Positions 1 to 11,611 of a DNA stretch of 64,000 nucleotides are shown here, in pieces; within the stretch, counting starts at the first letter, position 1; the number at the start of each line of letters is the position of its first letter. Position numbers and translations under genes: made by a program. The notes under the pieces were generated by a model that was not told the DNA's origin, did not search any database, and worked only from the letters and a program-made list of their open reading frames with translations. Source of the stretch: Epiperipatus broadwayi (Eukaryota > Animalia > Onychophora); contig JAQFVV010000005.1 in NCBI GenBank assembly GCA_028023455.1, forward strand, positions 17,050,001-17,114,000, read 5' to 3'.

Positions 1-2066
1 CTAAACTTCCCTCCCAGAAAGTGGTTGGTTTTCAGGTAAAGTGTCAACTATCATCAGTAGCGAACTACCAATAACACCCAACACTTCGACTACCAAATAT
101 ACACTGACCAAATAAACACTATTTTATTTTTAAAAGAAGAAAATCCCTTAGGCGCCAGCTAATTACATTAGAATTAGCATGTCCATCTGATCAGCATAAT
201 TTGGTACCTGAAAATCCCCGCTAGCTCAATCAGTTTCCAACCACCCACTAATAGACAAACAAAAGGTATCTTAAATGCCCCCTTGAAACTACTACTTTTT
301 TTAAAAAAAACTAAAATAATTCCCCGAACCATTCAAAATAATACTTCAATCCTTTAAACCAATAATATTATACTGAATGCCGAAACATTTATATCTTTAA
401 CTTAGCAAATCTTTTCCTGAAATACTATTATCAATAATTAGATTTTTTCCCTCCTACTTTTATTAGAAAATTACCTGCACGTATCAAAATAAACGTAAAT
501 ATTTTAAGAAAAATAATTTAAGTGTTTTTTTTTATTTAAAATAAATTAATCGCTTTATCTTCTAATGAAACACACTTCTTTTTTAAAGATTAAAATAAAG
601 CATTTTAATATATTACTTTAGCAAATAAAGTATACATGTTACATTATATTTTATTTCTTTTTTTTTAAAATCAAATCATACATACGTGCACGCAATTGTT
701 TCAAAAATATTATTTAATAAGAGAAGCTGCTTTTATTATTGCAAATATTACCTTTTGAAGTTTAGTTTTATTTTTAAGATTAATTCATAAAGATCGAAGT
801 TCTTTCTAATAAAGTCTATCTTTTATTTTAAGAAGAAATTGGGAATGTTAAGATATCAAAGTCAATAATTACCTAGGATTTTTTAATACGACGGAAACAG
901 CATAATGGAATTATTTTTAACTCATTTACGTCCAGTAAACGACTCCTCTGTAGATCCTGTGACATAGTATGATTTTCATGGCTGGTTTGACGTACACACA
1001 CCCCATTGTTTATTTAGTCTATATAAACATGATCACTTTCCGAATTAATTGCAGAATTAGATGCATAGAGCAGCTTGCACACCACGTTGGTTTTAACAAT
1101 GCAACATTTAAAAAAAAAATTAAAATATATCCATTTATAAAACAAATAGTATGTGATACTATTAAGTTTGAAAGAATATTTAAATAGTTGTAGCTTCTTA
1201 ATTATTCACACCTGTATATTATACGCCATTCATATTTTAAGTAGTATGTACATAAACTCTATCAGTGCATAGTTTTTCCATGTGTAACCGTGCAGAAACA
1301 GCCCATGTAGTGTGCTAGAATCTTGGTAGTCGCTGTTAGCAGACAACACATAAGCTAGATGTGTTTATGGCAATCAGCGCCACCTAGGTTCTTGGTATCT
1401 GCTGGTAGCAAACAATGTAAGCTAAATGGGCTTATGCACTGTGACCAGCACCACCAAGCGGGCAGCTTTGCTGCCAGCTACCTGGTGAAATGTTCCTGTG
1501 CTTACGCATTGTGAACAGTGCCACCTTTCGGCTGGAATTTGCAATGCTGCATTTGGGGCCCTTACTCTAAGTATTTCTGTGGTTGACCCTGACCAGCACC
1601 TCTGGTGGCCACATGGGTCAAAAGTCACAAGTACCAAATATTTTAATAAAATGACAGACCCAGAATAATAAAATGTTGAGCTATTTATACTATTTTAAAC
1701 AATGGAAAACTTTATTAGCAGCAGCGTCTTTGGTCTCGTGAAATAAATCAGCTTTTGCTTCTATTTTTTATTAAAAATTACATACACACACGCACATATA
1801 TTTAATTATTTTATTATAAGATTAAACGAAATCTATTATTTTATTATAAATTCATTTAAAAAATATTAAAATCATTTTTATTACAAGACTTTTTTCCTCT
1901 TTTAAACAAAAAAAATATTATTTTAAAAAGCGTTTAGTTTATTTTTATTTAATAACAAATTCCCCCTCCTCTTTAGTTTTTACATTTTATTCTCTCAATT
2001 TTAAATTTTTATATTTTAAAACATGGAACCCTTAAAATTAATTAAATATCAATGTACTTCGGTACA
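1..2066 (+). mobile_element. Putative 3' part of a Gypsy-like element, truncated by the window start
   Basis: Ends in TGTACTTCGGTACA (2053-2066) followed by ATAT, like TGTACCTCGGTACA+GTAT at 28182-28199. The AT-rich subterminal regions are loosely similar. MELFLTHLRPV (~906-940) resembles ME*LTFTRPA (~26743-26772). Confidence 0.35.
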
Positions 2067-2990
2067 ATATATGTATAGGTATAGAAAAGTATTAATTGTA
2101 TATGTTCAAATGTAATTTTGAAACTGTAAGCAAGAGGAAATAAATCATGTTAAAATTGTATTATAATGTGTTTATTAATAAGTATATGGTATATTATATA
2201 TATATATAATTTATCAATGCAAATAAGAAGTGGAAAGAAATTTTAATATTTTATTTTACTATTATTTCTACTAAAAGCGATCTTTCAAAGATTAATTCTA
2301 TCATTAATTTCATCCATTATATTTCCATCTGTATTATTAATCTGTACAAAGTATTTATAGTGGTTAACTTCTGATTTATTCAATTATTTTAAGATTGAGT
2401 AGACTTAATGTTTTCACAATGTTAGGATTTTTTTTTCAAACATTTATCATAATCAATTAAACTAACCTTAAAATAATGTATCTAGCTACTCTTAGCTAAA
2501 TGAGAAACAAGAATGGAAAATCAATTGAACTTGATAAGTGTTAACTTATTTACTGTTGTGACTTGACATTTTATTCTGCTTTTTTTCCCAATGACTTGAT
2601 TCTCACTCCAAGCTGCCTGCAGAGCCATCTTTGAATTAATATATGTATTAGATAATGACAGTTTACAAAAATGTTAAGATACTAGCATATTTGGATCATA
2701 ACTTATGAAACATTTGACTGTGTTTCTTATTTTAACCCGCGGTAAGATGATGTGCTAACATTAAATTTTATTTAAATTGTGGAAAACTGCTGCTGAAACA
2801 TTTGAAATAATTCAAACAGCATATAGAAATGAATCCATGAATCATAAGAACATTTTTCTAAGCATTTTGCAAAATTTTGTTATAGAAGAGAACTTCTAAG
2901 TTGATTCTCGATCAGGCATATCAAAAACAACTGAAAACAAAATGTGCAAAAAGTTGCCAAAATTCTTCAAAATGATAGCTTTGTCTGACA
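2067..2990. repeat. Segmental duplication block X, copy 1
   Basis: Collinear with 17281-18490 and with 38185-38416 plus 41676-42300. Example: ATTAATTCTATCATT...TTTCCATCTGTATTATTAATCTGTACAAAGTATTT, identical in copies 1-2 and with a few substitutions in copy 3. Confidence 0.9.
2755..2990 (+). pseudogene. Mariner/Tc1 transposase N-terminal HTH remnant
   Basis: Translates as KTAAETFEIIQTAYRNESMN...DSRSG, matching the mariner KTATETFEM..AYG...SR/DxxRSGRP pattern; has stops and frameshifts. Confidence 0.65.
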
Positions 2991-3039
2991 GTCGTCAAAA
3001 AATTATGTACACATACTAAATATATACATATTTTTGTAT

Positions 3040-3330
3040 ATGTCATTAGATATTTCTTATGTCCAGAATTTAATTAAGTAAATCTCTATTTTTATAACAA
3101 GTTCTAGTGATATATATTAGATAAATGCTTAACTTGGGTTGGTTTTTTGAATCTGGTGTCCTAGCTTCTCACTGAAGAGAGCCATAGCTCAAAACCAGTC
3201 TGGGAATGGAGACAATCCTAGATAAAGATGATTTGAATGCCCTCTCTTGTAGTAGCATTTATCATAAAAAATTAAAAAAAAGTTTGCTTAGAGCTTATTA
3301 GCATGTTCTTAAGTTTTTAATTTGTAAATG
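3040..3330 (+). mobile_element. HHR family 3 element, dispersed and diverged copy
   Basis: Reverse complement aligns to the 3975-4945 unit; contains an HHR motif at 3166-3206. Confidence 0.6.
3166..3206 (+). ncRNA. Type I hammerhead ribozyme motif (family 3), G12A-decayed
   Basis: TTCTCA-CTGAAGA-GAGC/CATA/GCTC-AAAA-CCAG-TC-TGGGAA. Helix I is 6 bp and helix II 4 bp; GAAA has become AAAA, consistent with CpG decay. Confidence 0.75.
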
Positions 3331-3481
3331 TAAGCTATATATATATATAGGGCATGTGAGATCTGACTTTCTATGATTACTATATATATATATCAATTAT
3401 AAGTGCTCAGCCAATTTAAAGTTCAATATGGTTTTACATGTTCATTTACTGTGCCAGTACTAAAAACTTAAATATTTTTTA

Positions 3482-3728
3482 TATTTTTTTTAATATTAAA
3501 TGCTTTTATTGACTGTGCACTAAAAATAAATAATTGTTTCTTCAATCACAATTGGAATTTTTAGATCTAACTTGAAAGAAAAGTATGGGTGATTCAGAAA
3601 TGACAATTTCTGGACCACCCATGCTTTTCTTTCAAGTTATATCTAAAAACTCCAATTGTGTTTGAAGAAACAATTATTTTATTTCTTTTTAATGCACAAA
3701 CAATAAAAGCATTTAATATAAAAAAAAA
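3482..3728. repeat. Foldback inverted repeat with ~115-bp arms
   Basis: TTTAATATTAAATGCTTTTATTG...GAAAGAAAAGTATGGGTG mirrored by CACCCATGCTTTTCTTTC...CAATAAAAGCATTTAATATAAA. Confidence 0.85.
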
Positions 3729-4017
3729 TTATCTATTATTTAACACAAATTCTTATAACATTCAAGTTGCAAATTCATACTACATAAATAATCTTGACAT
3801 TTTGAAATGTTCAGGAACATTTGATATGATTTGAATATTTTCAATTGATATTATAAATTCATATATTCTCAAATATAACAACAACTGGATATGAAAACAA
3901 ATACCTAATCATAATGAATCAGATTTCTGACAAAAGGCAAAATTGATTAAGAACTACTTTATATTTTATATATAGAGCTTGCAAAGTAAGCTCTTAAGCT
4001 CTGCTGAATATTCCTAA

Positions 4018-4055
4018 CCCCAGACCGGTTTCTGCTACTGACATTGTCAGTGAGG
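4018..4055 (-). ncRNA. Type I minimal hammerhead, array unit 1 (G8A variant)
   Basis: Reverse complement: CCTCA-CTGACAA-TGT/CAGTA/GCA-GAAA-CCGG-TC-TGGGG; palindromic helix III ACCGGT and GUC triplet. Confidence 0.75.
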
Positions 4056-4353
4056 TGCTAGGATATTCAAGCATTAGATTAAAAATACCAGGACAAGTCC
4101 AGCTCTTTATCTAATGTATAACTTATTAAATAGAAAACCTGAAATTTTCAGACATCCATGTCTTCCAATCCAGCTAACTAACTTAAATAGCCATATGGGA
4201 CTGAACTAAGTTCAGACACACCATATATTAATAGCTTTAGCAATATAAAATCGCCAAAGCTTTAATAGTGAAAAAATAAAATTACAAAAAAATCCAAGTC
4301 AGATGTCACATGACCTAATTTAATAAAATTGTATTTACAATGAATATCCCCAC

Positions 4354-4391
4354 CCCCAGAGCGGTTTCTGCTATTGGCATCATCAGTGAGA
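4354..4391 (-). ncRNA. Type I minimal hammerhead, array unit 2 (catalytic core intact)
   Basis: Reverse complement: TCTCA-CTGATGA-TGC/CAATA/GCA-GAAA-CCGC-TC-TGGGG. Predicted cleavage between 4359 and 4358. Confidence 0.8.
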
Positions 4392-4733
4392 TGCCAGGAT
4401 ATTCAAGCATTAGATTAAAAATACCAGGACAAACCCAGCACATTATCTAATGTATAACTATTAAATAGAAAATCTGAAATTTTCAGACATCCATGTCTTC
4501 CAATCCAGTTATCTAACTTAAATAGCCATATGGGACTGAACTAAGTACAAATACATCATATATTAATAGCTTTAGCAATATAAAAGTGGCAAAGCCTTAA
4601 TAGCAAAGAAATAAATTACAAAAAAAATCCAAGTCAAATGTCACATAACCTAATTTAATAAGCTTGTATTTATAAATGTTATATATAAAGCTTGCAAAAT
4701 AAGCTATTAACAAGCTCTGCTGAATATCCCCAA

Positions 4734-4771
4734 CCCCTGCCTAGTTTCTGCTACTGGTATCATCAGTGAGG
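4734..4771 (-). ncRNA. Type I minimal hammerhead, array unit 3 (U16.1G, degenerate)
   Basis: Reverse complement: CCTCA-CTGATGA-TAC/CAGTA/GCA-GAAA-CTAG-GC-AGGGG. Confidence 0.7.
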
Positions 4772-5040
4772 TGCTAGGATATTCAAGCATTAGATTAAAA
4801 ATACCAGGACAAGCCCAGCACTTTATCTAATGTATAACTATTAAGTAGAAAATCTGAAATTTTCAGACATTCACATGTCTTCCAATCCAGCTATCTAACT
4901 GAAATAGCCATATGGTACTGAACTAAGTTTAGATACACCATATATGATAATAGATTTTGCTTCAAAAGAAATACAAATTAGTAATTTAAAATTCTATGTC
5001 ATTATTATTTTATAATAATTATATTTTTGTGGTTGATAAG

Positions 5041-7800
5041 CAGTGTTCCCTCTAAGCTGTGCATGCACAAATAAATTTTAAACATAGCGCACATGAAAAA
5101 TATTCGCGCATACAAAAAATTTTTTTTCGTGCAGAAAATAAAATTGCACCTGCATATGAAATTCATATAAAAAAAATAAAATGAAAAAAAATTGAATCAA
5201 ATGTAGTTTTAGATTTAAATAAACTGCCAACTATAGTATTTGTGTATAGGTATAGATGGCAGCACATTTATCGTTGATGAGAAACAAGGCTGGGAATTAC
5301 CGTAACTCTTGTACGCCATATGTAAAGATTGCATCATTGTTTATCAGTTAAAATTGCCATATTTTTGTTAAAATTTAAATTCAAAATCATTACCAGCTTT
5401 TATTATTGAATATATGTGTTTCAGTGATATAATTTTGTGAAAATAAATATTTTTAAAAGTATTTTTACAGTATAGAGTTAAAAATAAGTTTGAAAAGAAA
5501 AAGAACAGCTAATGAATTTAAAATTGAGTGGCTTAATGAATTTGTGGAAACTGATAATCTGAAGTCATGATAAATTACAAATTCAGTTAAAAGAAATATT
5601 CGTATTTAATGAAGAAAAGGGTGTAATTTGTAATTACTGCCGAGATGGAGAGGTACATAGTGATTTTGTTAGTGGAAAAATGTGGGATTGTGTGTGGAAA
5701 ATGGATTTTTTAAAACGGCATTTAATTAGTAAATCACACTTAGAAAGTGTACAAAAACTGAAAAATAAGAATGCTTCATTATCAGCAACTGGTTTTTAAA
5801 AGAAACACCAGAAGATCGCAAGAAAAAGAAATCAAATCCTGAGGAAGTAAAAATTTTAATTGATAATCTATTATTGGCAATTAAAATGAACATATCTTTG
5901 CTTTCGGTTCGAGAAAGAAAAAACCACATGGCAGAATACGTCCATATTCCAGAAAGTTGACGTAGTAAAAACGATGCTTTTTCATTTTTGGAAGTGGTGA
6001 ATACTGTTGTAAAAAATGAAATAATAAATGAAATTAAAATGGCACATTTTCATACTTTAATTGTTGATGAAAGCACAGACATTTCTACAACCAAATGTTT
6101 AATTTTATATTTTAAGTTTAGAAAATCTGATCAATATAAAACTGTTTTTGATGGGATAAACCAATTAAAGACATGCAATTCTTCTTCAATTTTATGAAGA
6201 TAACCAAATTGATTTGCAAAAAGCTGGTTATGTTTACATCTGATGGTGCATCCGTAATGCTTGGAAAACAAAATGGTGTAGCAACTAAATTAAAGCAGAA
6301 TGTACCACATTTGGTGCAACAACATTGTGTTGCACCCTGAGAAAATTTATGTATTTCAGATGCATGAAAAGAAGTAAAAGCCATAAGAGAAATCGAAACA
6401 GTGGTGAGAACTGTTTATATATTATTCTCGAGATCCGCGACAAAAACAAGTAAATTTAAAGAGATTATTGAAGCTTCACAAAATAAATCTATAGCTTTCC
6501 AAGCTATTAATGAGGTGAGGTGGTTGTCAAGACATTTTGCAATAAAAGCAATTATTACAAATTATAAATCATTAATTGAATATTTAAGCAACATTGAATT
6601 TCAAATAAATTTAGAATTTTTGTCTTCAATTTTAGAAGAACTCAGTGCTTTATGTCAAATTTTTCAACGCCATGAATTAACACCCACAGATGCTTTTCAA
6701 TTTGCTCATGCAAAAATTAATAAAATCAAGGAAAAACATCTTGAAAACATGGCATGAACAATAAAATAAGCGTGCTTTTAAAAAAGGCTAATGATTTAAA
6801 TATAACTATAAAAACAGATGATATGTTAAAATTTAGTAATTTATTATGTGAAAATTTGGAAAGTTTTCAATGGATGAAGTTTCCAGTTTATTATCCTGCG
6901 ATTTTAATTACGGACTAGCGGAAATTGAAAAATTTTTTGTGTTTAAAATATAATGCTTTTTTTTACAAATAAATCTCTTATAAGCGAACAGTATTAACGA
7001 TTTTAAATATGCAGTGCGGGAAAAAATTAAAATTAAACAAAAGATTTTGAAGAAATGGTTATGTTTAGTTTGAATAACGAACAATTTAAAGATCTATCCA
7101 AATTACCAGATATCGGAGGCATTTTTCTGGCCAGTAGTGCGGATTGCGAGCGTGGTTTTAGTTTGATGAATTTGATTAAAACGAAATAAAGAAATCGATT
7201 GCAAAAAAACCATATGGATATGCTGATGAGAGTAAATCATATATGAATGACGGAAACAAATGCAAATTTAAGTAAAGTTTATGCAGAATAGTTAAAACCA
7301 AAAGACAGGAGAGAGAAGTTATAAAATAAATGCTATTAATAACAAATGTAATCCTTAATTCTAGAATTGTTCAATAATAAGTAATTGTGAATTGTTGTTC
7401 TTTTTTGTGTTTTGACAAATGTGTTAATTGAAAAAATTAGAAGCAGACGATGTTTTTACATTGTAAGTATTTAAATTTTCTTATTTTTCATTTGAATGGA
7501 AAAGGGAAGCCACAGTAATCAGCTAAACTCTGTCTTCACGAACTAATGATTTGACTTGATTTTAGAGTTTTTTTTCATTGTGTTCCGTTGTAATGTATGT
7601 AGTGTAAGTGGTATGCTGTAAGATCGAGTCAATGCGTATAAGTACAAAATTTGGCTGAATATTAATACCATTCTTGTATTGTCTTTTTTTTTTTATATGC
7701 GCTTTTTTAAATTGCCGCACAAAATTTTTTTATTTTTGAAAAAACTGCACACACTTAAAAAAGTGTGCACATAGGTCACAAAAAATTAGAGGGAACACTG
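5041..7800 (+). mobile_element. hAT DNA transposon (ZNF862/Tip100-like), complete ends
   Basis: 15-bp TIRs CAGTGTTCCCTCTAA / TTAGAGGGAACACTG and a perfect 8-bp TSD TTGATAAG (5033-5040, 7801-7808). Confidence 0.95.
5490..7290 (+). pseudogene. hAT transposase pseudogene
   Basis: Motifs CNYC...HLISKSH, TLIVDESTDIS, SDGASVMLGK, HCVA, EVRWLSR and SADCERGFS, interrupted by stops and frameshifts. Confidence 0.92.
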
Positions 7801-8490
7801 TTGATAAGCAAATATAAATCTCTCAGAATTTATTCGAACAAACAAAAGTTCATAACTTAAATAATGTCTCTTTTCTTTTTAAAAAAAAACCAAAATACAA
7901 TCATGATAATTAATATAATAATAAAAATATTCTTATTCTAAAGTTTTACTTTAACAGTATTCCATTTTGAACAAAAACCAACCAACAACTAAAAAACTAC
8001 TGTTGCTTAGTTTGTTTTTTTTTTTTCACATTCCAAAATCATCAAATGTTTATTTTTTTTTTTACTCTTTTAAACATAAGAAACTTGGTTAATAAAATTT
8101 AATGTCATATATTTTCTTTATTATTTTGTCACGTCATGAATGAAAATCTTAAACATTCATGTATAAAAGTGTGTAGGTAGATATTTTATTCTACATTTAA
8201 TAAAAAATAAATAAATTCATTCCTTTATGAATGTATGGTTATCTTTGTATGTATATGCCTCAAGTTATCCTAATAATTATTTTATGTGTTTAAAATGCTG
8301 GCTGCCTATCTAATCTTTATACTTTTAGTTTGCCATTTTAAAACATCAGTTATTTATTATTGTTTGTTTGTTTTTTTATAAGGATTGGGCATCACTTTAC
8401 AATGCATATGTATGTAGATATTAGTTATTGATTTCTGAATAAAGTAATGAGTTATTTTAACATATAAAAATTTTGACAATTATAAAGAAA

Positions 8491-8710
8491 TCATTTGTCA
8501 GAGGTTTAAATAATATATTAAGTGAATAAAAAAAAAATTTTTATAATGAGTATTTCGACTACGAAGGGGTCATATATACCTTGATGATACAATATATATC
8601 ATTTGTCAGAGGTTTAAATAATATATTAAGTGAATAAAAAAATTTTTTTTTATAATGAGTACTTTGACTACGAAGGGGTCATATATACCTTGATGATACA
8701 ATATATATAT
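8491..8710. repeat. Direct tandem duplication, ~108-bp unit x2
   Basis: TCATTTGTCAGAGGTTTAAATAATATATTAAGTGAAT...GAAGGGGTCATATATACCTTGATGATACA occurs twice. Confidence 0.9.
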
Positions 8711-9095
8711 ATGTTTAAATGTGTATATTATCTTTACTAAACTCAGTGTAATTATAAGGGTTTTAAACTCAGATTTTCAAGCTCACTACAGCCATCCAAT
8801 CCATCTTATACAACCAATACATATGACCGCATACATGTGAAAATAATAAATGATCAATATGTATTTCATGATGAACTAGCACTCATCAGTTGGTCCAGAT
8901 CACCATCTCCCACATATAAATACAATCAGGGCTAGATCAACATGTCTATTGGAGATCATTTATCCTTTCCATATGTGGTCATATGTATTGGCTGTATAAA
9001 ATGAATTGGATGGCTGTAGAAAGTTTCAAAATCTAAGTTAAAGATCTTATAATTACATTTATTATAGACAATATACATGTATTTAAATATATATT
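8700..9095. mobile_element. HHR family 1 inverted-repeat element with a decayed minus-strand HHR at ~8852-8893
   Basis: Arms CTACAGCCATCCAATCCATCTTATACAACCAATACATATGACC / GGTCATATGTATTGGCTGTATAAAATGAATTGGATGGCTGTAG. Internal reverse complement ACCAA-CTGATGA-GTGCT...GAAA-TACATAT. Confidence 0.7.
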
Positions 9096-9509
9096 CAGCC
9101 TGTATTCTGGCCATCCCTCTTCTATATAATTAAATGGACATATTAACGTCCTATATGTGAGGTGTTAGATTGATTTAAGGTCAAGATGAGTAACACAGTA
9201 ATATTGGCATCAACAAGAGCTTTGAGCATTCCATCCTCGGATTATCAATATGAATCAAGAGTTGGAGACGACCGATTAGTTTGAAGGTTTGCTATCATAA
9301 TATAAACTGACCATTGATTGTATATAGGTGGGAAATGCTGATTTGGATCAATTAATTAGTGGTGGTTCAGCATGAAATATGTATATTGGAAATCATTTAT
9401 CTTTTTCACATGTATACGGTCAAATGCTTTCTTTGTGTTAATGGTGTTATGTACTATTACTAACAATTGAATGTATTTGGAATATTTAAATAGTTAATTT
9501 TTTAAAAAA

Positions 9510-9752
9510 CATTCAATACCATATTAGATGATTGAAATAGTCCAATATATACATACAATGTGGTCAAATGTATCGGTTGTATAAGATAGATTTGCTGTAG
9601 GAAGCTTGAAAATCTGAGCTCAAGACTTTACATTCAATACTATATTAGATGATGGAAATAGTCCAATATATAAATACAATGTGGTCAAGTGTATCGATTG
9701 TATAAGGTAGATTTGCTGTAGGAAGCTTGAAAATCTGAGCTCAAGACCCTTA
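9510..9752. repeat. Direct tandem duplication, ~120-bp unit x2, including a family 1 tail fragment
   Basis: TATTAGATGA(T/G)GAAATAGTCCAATATAT...GCTGTAGGAAGCTTGAAAATCTGAGCTCAAGAC occurs twice. Confidence 0.85.
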
Positions 9753-10059
9753 TATATATATATTAAAACAAGTATAGGAATAGATAGTTAAATTAAAAAA
9801 TTTTCTTCACAATCCTGATTTCAACTATTAAACAAATAGACCCTCTCAATTGAAAACTATTAATAAAAACATACATATAAATATATTCAAGTAATTATAC
9901 AATTCATCAAAAAAGTTTAAAGTTCACAAAAATAACTGAAATAAGTACCTTAGTTCCACCTCGATATGCATTCATCAATATAATATTGATCATAAAATAT
10001 TATTTGATTAAGATTATTTTTTATGAACACAACGAAATAAAATGGGTAAAAAACTATTT

Positions 10060-11230
10060 TGAATCTAAGACCATCAATCTTATGATGACCTTTTTTAAGT
10101 GAGTGATTGACAGTTGTATTGAATTGTAATGAGTAGTTTACATGCATGCTTTTGAGAATAGATTTCACTTGAAGAGGTCTACTGTTTAATTCTCCAGCAG
10201 TCATGACTGACCTGAGAGATACTAATAAACTCTTTTTAAGTATTATTATATATATTAATTGCATTTGTATGTGACTAATACTAAATAAAAATGTTTAAGC
10301 TGCCAGTTTACTTATAACTCATTTCATAAATATGTGTTATTCAATATTTACTATTGTAGGAGATATCACAAATTCTGTAATCAGTGTTGATGTTGTTGTG
10401 GAAATTATTTCTACATTGTAACTGAAAGTAAATAAAAAAATCATATATTTTATTATATAAATATAATAAAGACAAATTTGCAATACTTTTATTTTCAGTA
10501 TTTCAGAATGACTTAATAATAAATACATCTTCGAATGTACCACAGTTACAATTTTTTTGGTAGCCGACTTTTAAATGTATATATTTCATTGTTTAATAAT
10601 TTTGAGACTGTAACTGAAACTAAAGAAAAAATAGTGTATTTTATTATATAAATATAATAAAAAATTTGCAATGGTTTTATTTTTGTATTTCTGCATATAT
10701 TAATAAGGAATATCTTTCGGATACACGCAATCTCCACTTTTTTGATCGTGATATTGGCAGAGTTAATAAGTGATGTTTGAATTCATTATTTTGTGATTTT
10801 TTCCCAATATGAATAAAATCATAATGAATATACTATACAGAGAGATAGAATAGATACAAACTACCATGATAAATTAGTTTGTATTTTAGAAAATGCAATT
10901 TAAAAACATTTTAAAAATTAAGTTTTAATATTAATTTTGCTGATTACTTATTTTTAATTAATGTGGATATTCATTTCTTTTAAAAAAAGACAAACCTAAT
11001 GCTAACATTCAATCAAACAGGATGTATATACTTTTGAAAAAATTAATTATCAAAATTTCAGTTTTTCAAATCAGATTTAATATAAGTAGAAAGCATTCTT
11101 TCCTTCAAGCTTGTGATAAGCTTTATATTTAAAATTTGTTATTATACTATGGTGTTTCATTAATTTATACATACATCTTTATAATATAATGAGCTCATTA
11201 AAGTTTATGAACTTTGGACAATCTAATAAG
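10060..11230. repeat. Segmental duplication block Y, copy 1 (paralog of ~31590-33425)
   Basis: CATTTGTATGTGACTAATA (10262) vs CATTTGTATATGACTAATA (31808); ATAATATAATGAGCTCATTAAAGTTT (11181) vs ATAATATAATGAACTCATTAAAGTTT (33397). Confidence 0.75.
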
Positions 11231-11611
11231 TTATCTTTCAAAATATTAAAAAGATCACTGACGGCAAAACTTATTTCAAAGTAATTTTTGTGCTTACAAA
11301 TTTACATTTCAATTTCTTTTTTTCAAAAAAAAAAGATTGATTATAAAGTAATTGCTTATAACTGCCATCTTCATATTTGTGGTTTTGGTTATTTCAGATC
11401 CAAAAAAAATAATAATTTAATTTTCTACATTTTAATTTTGTACTTAAGCCAATATGCATCACATGATCACCATTTCTTATGCTTGCTTATTACTGTTATT
11501 AAAACAGGCAAAACTCACTATACATATTGCCACACACAGCGAGCCAGAGTAATCAATGGATGCCAGAAGGCTTGTGCATAAAATCCCCATATAGAGCATA
11601 CTCGTCCAATA

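Larger units (their letters stand above)
3975..4945 (-). repeat. Head-to-tail tandem array (~2.7 units, ~380-bp monomer) with one hammerhead per unit; retrozyme-like
   Basis: TGAATAT unit anchors at 4005, 4341 and 4721. Shared block GGATATTCAAGCATTAGATTAAAAATACCAGGACAA in all three units. One minus-strand HHR motif per unit. Confidence 0.9.

Noticed and set aside
45-70. CTGATGA/TCATCAG core matches at ~51, ~18794, ~41538, ~43050, ~46656, ~57947 and ~60817
   Set aside because: No helix II followed by GAAA and no helix I pairing; expected by chance.
1040-1095. Minus-strand KPTWCASCSMHL resembling a piggyBac C-terminal Cys motif
   Set aside because: Only a short motif; no TTAA/TIR or transposase context.
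3975-4945. CRISPR-like or simple satellite reading of the tandem array
   Set aside because: The units are ~380 bp with no repeat-spacer pattern, the context is eukaryotic and there are no cas genes.
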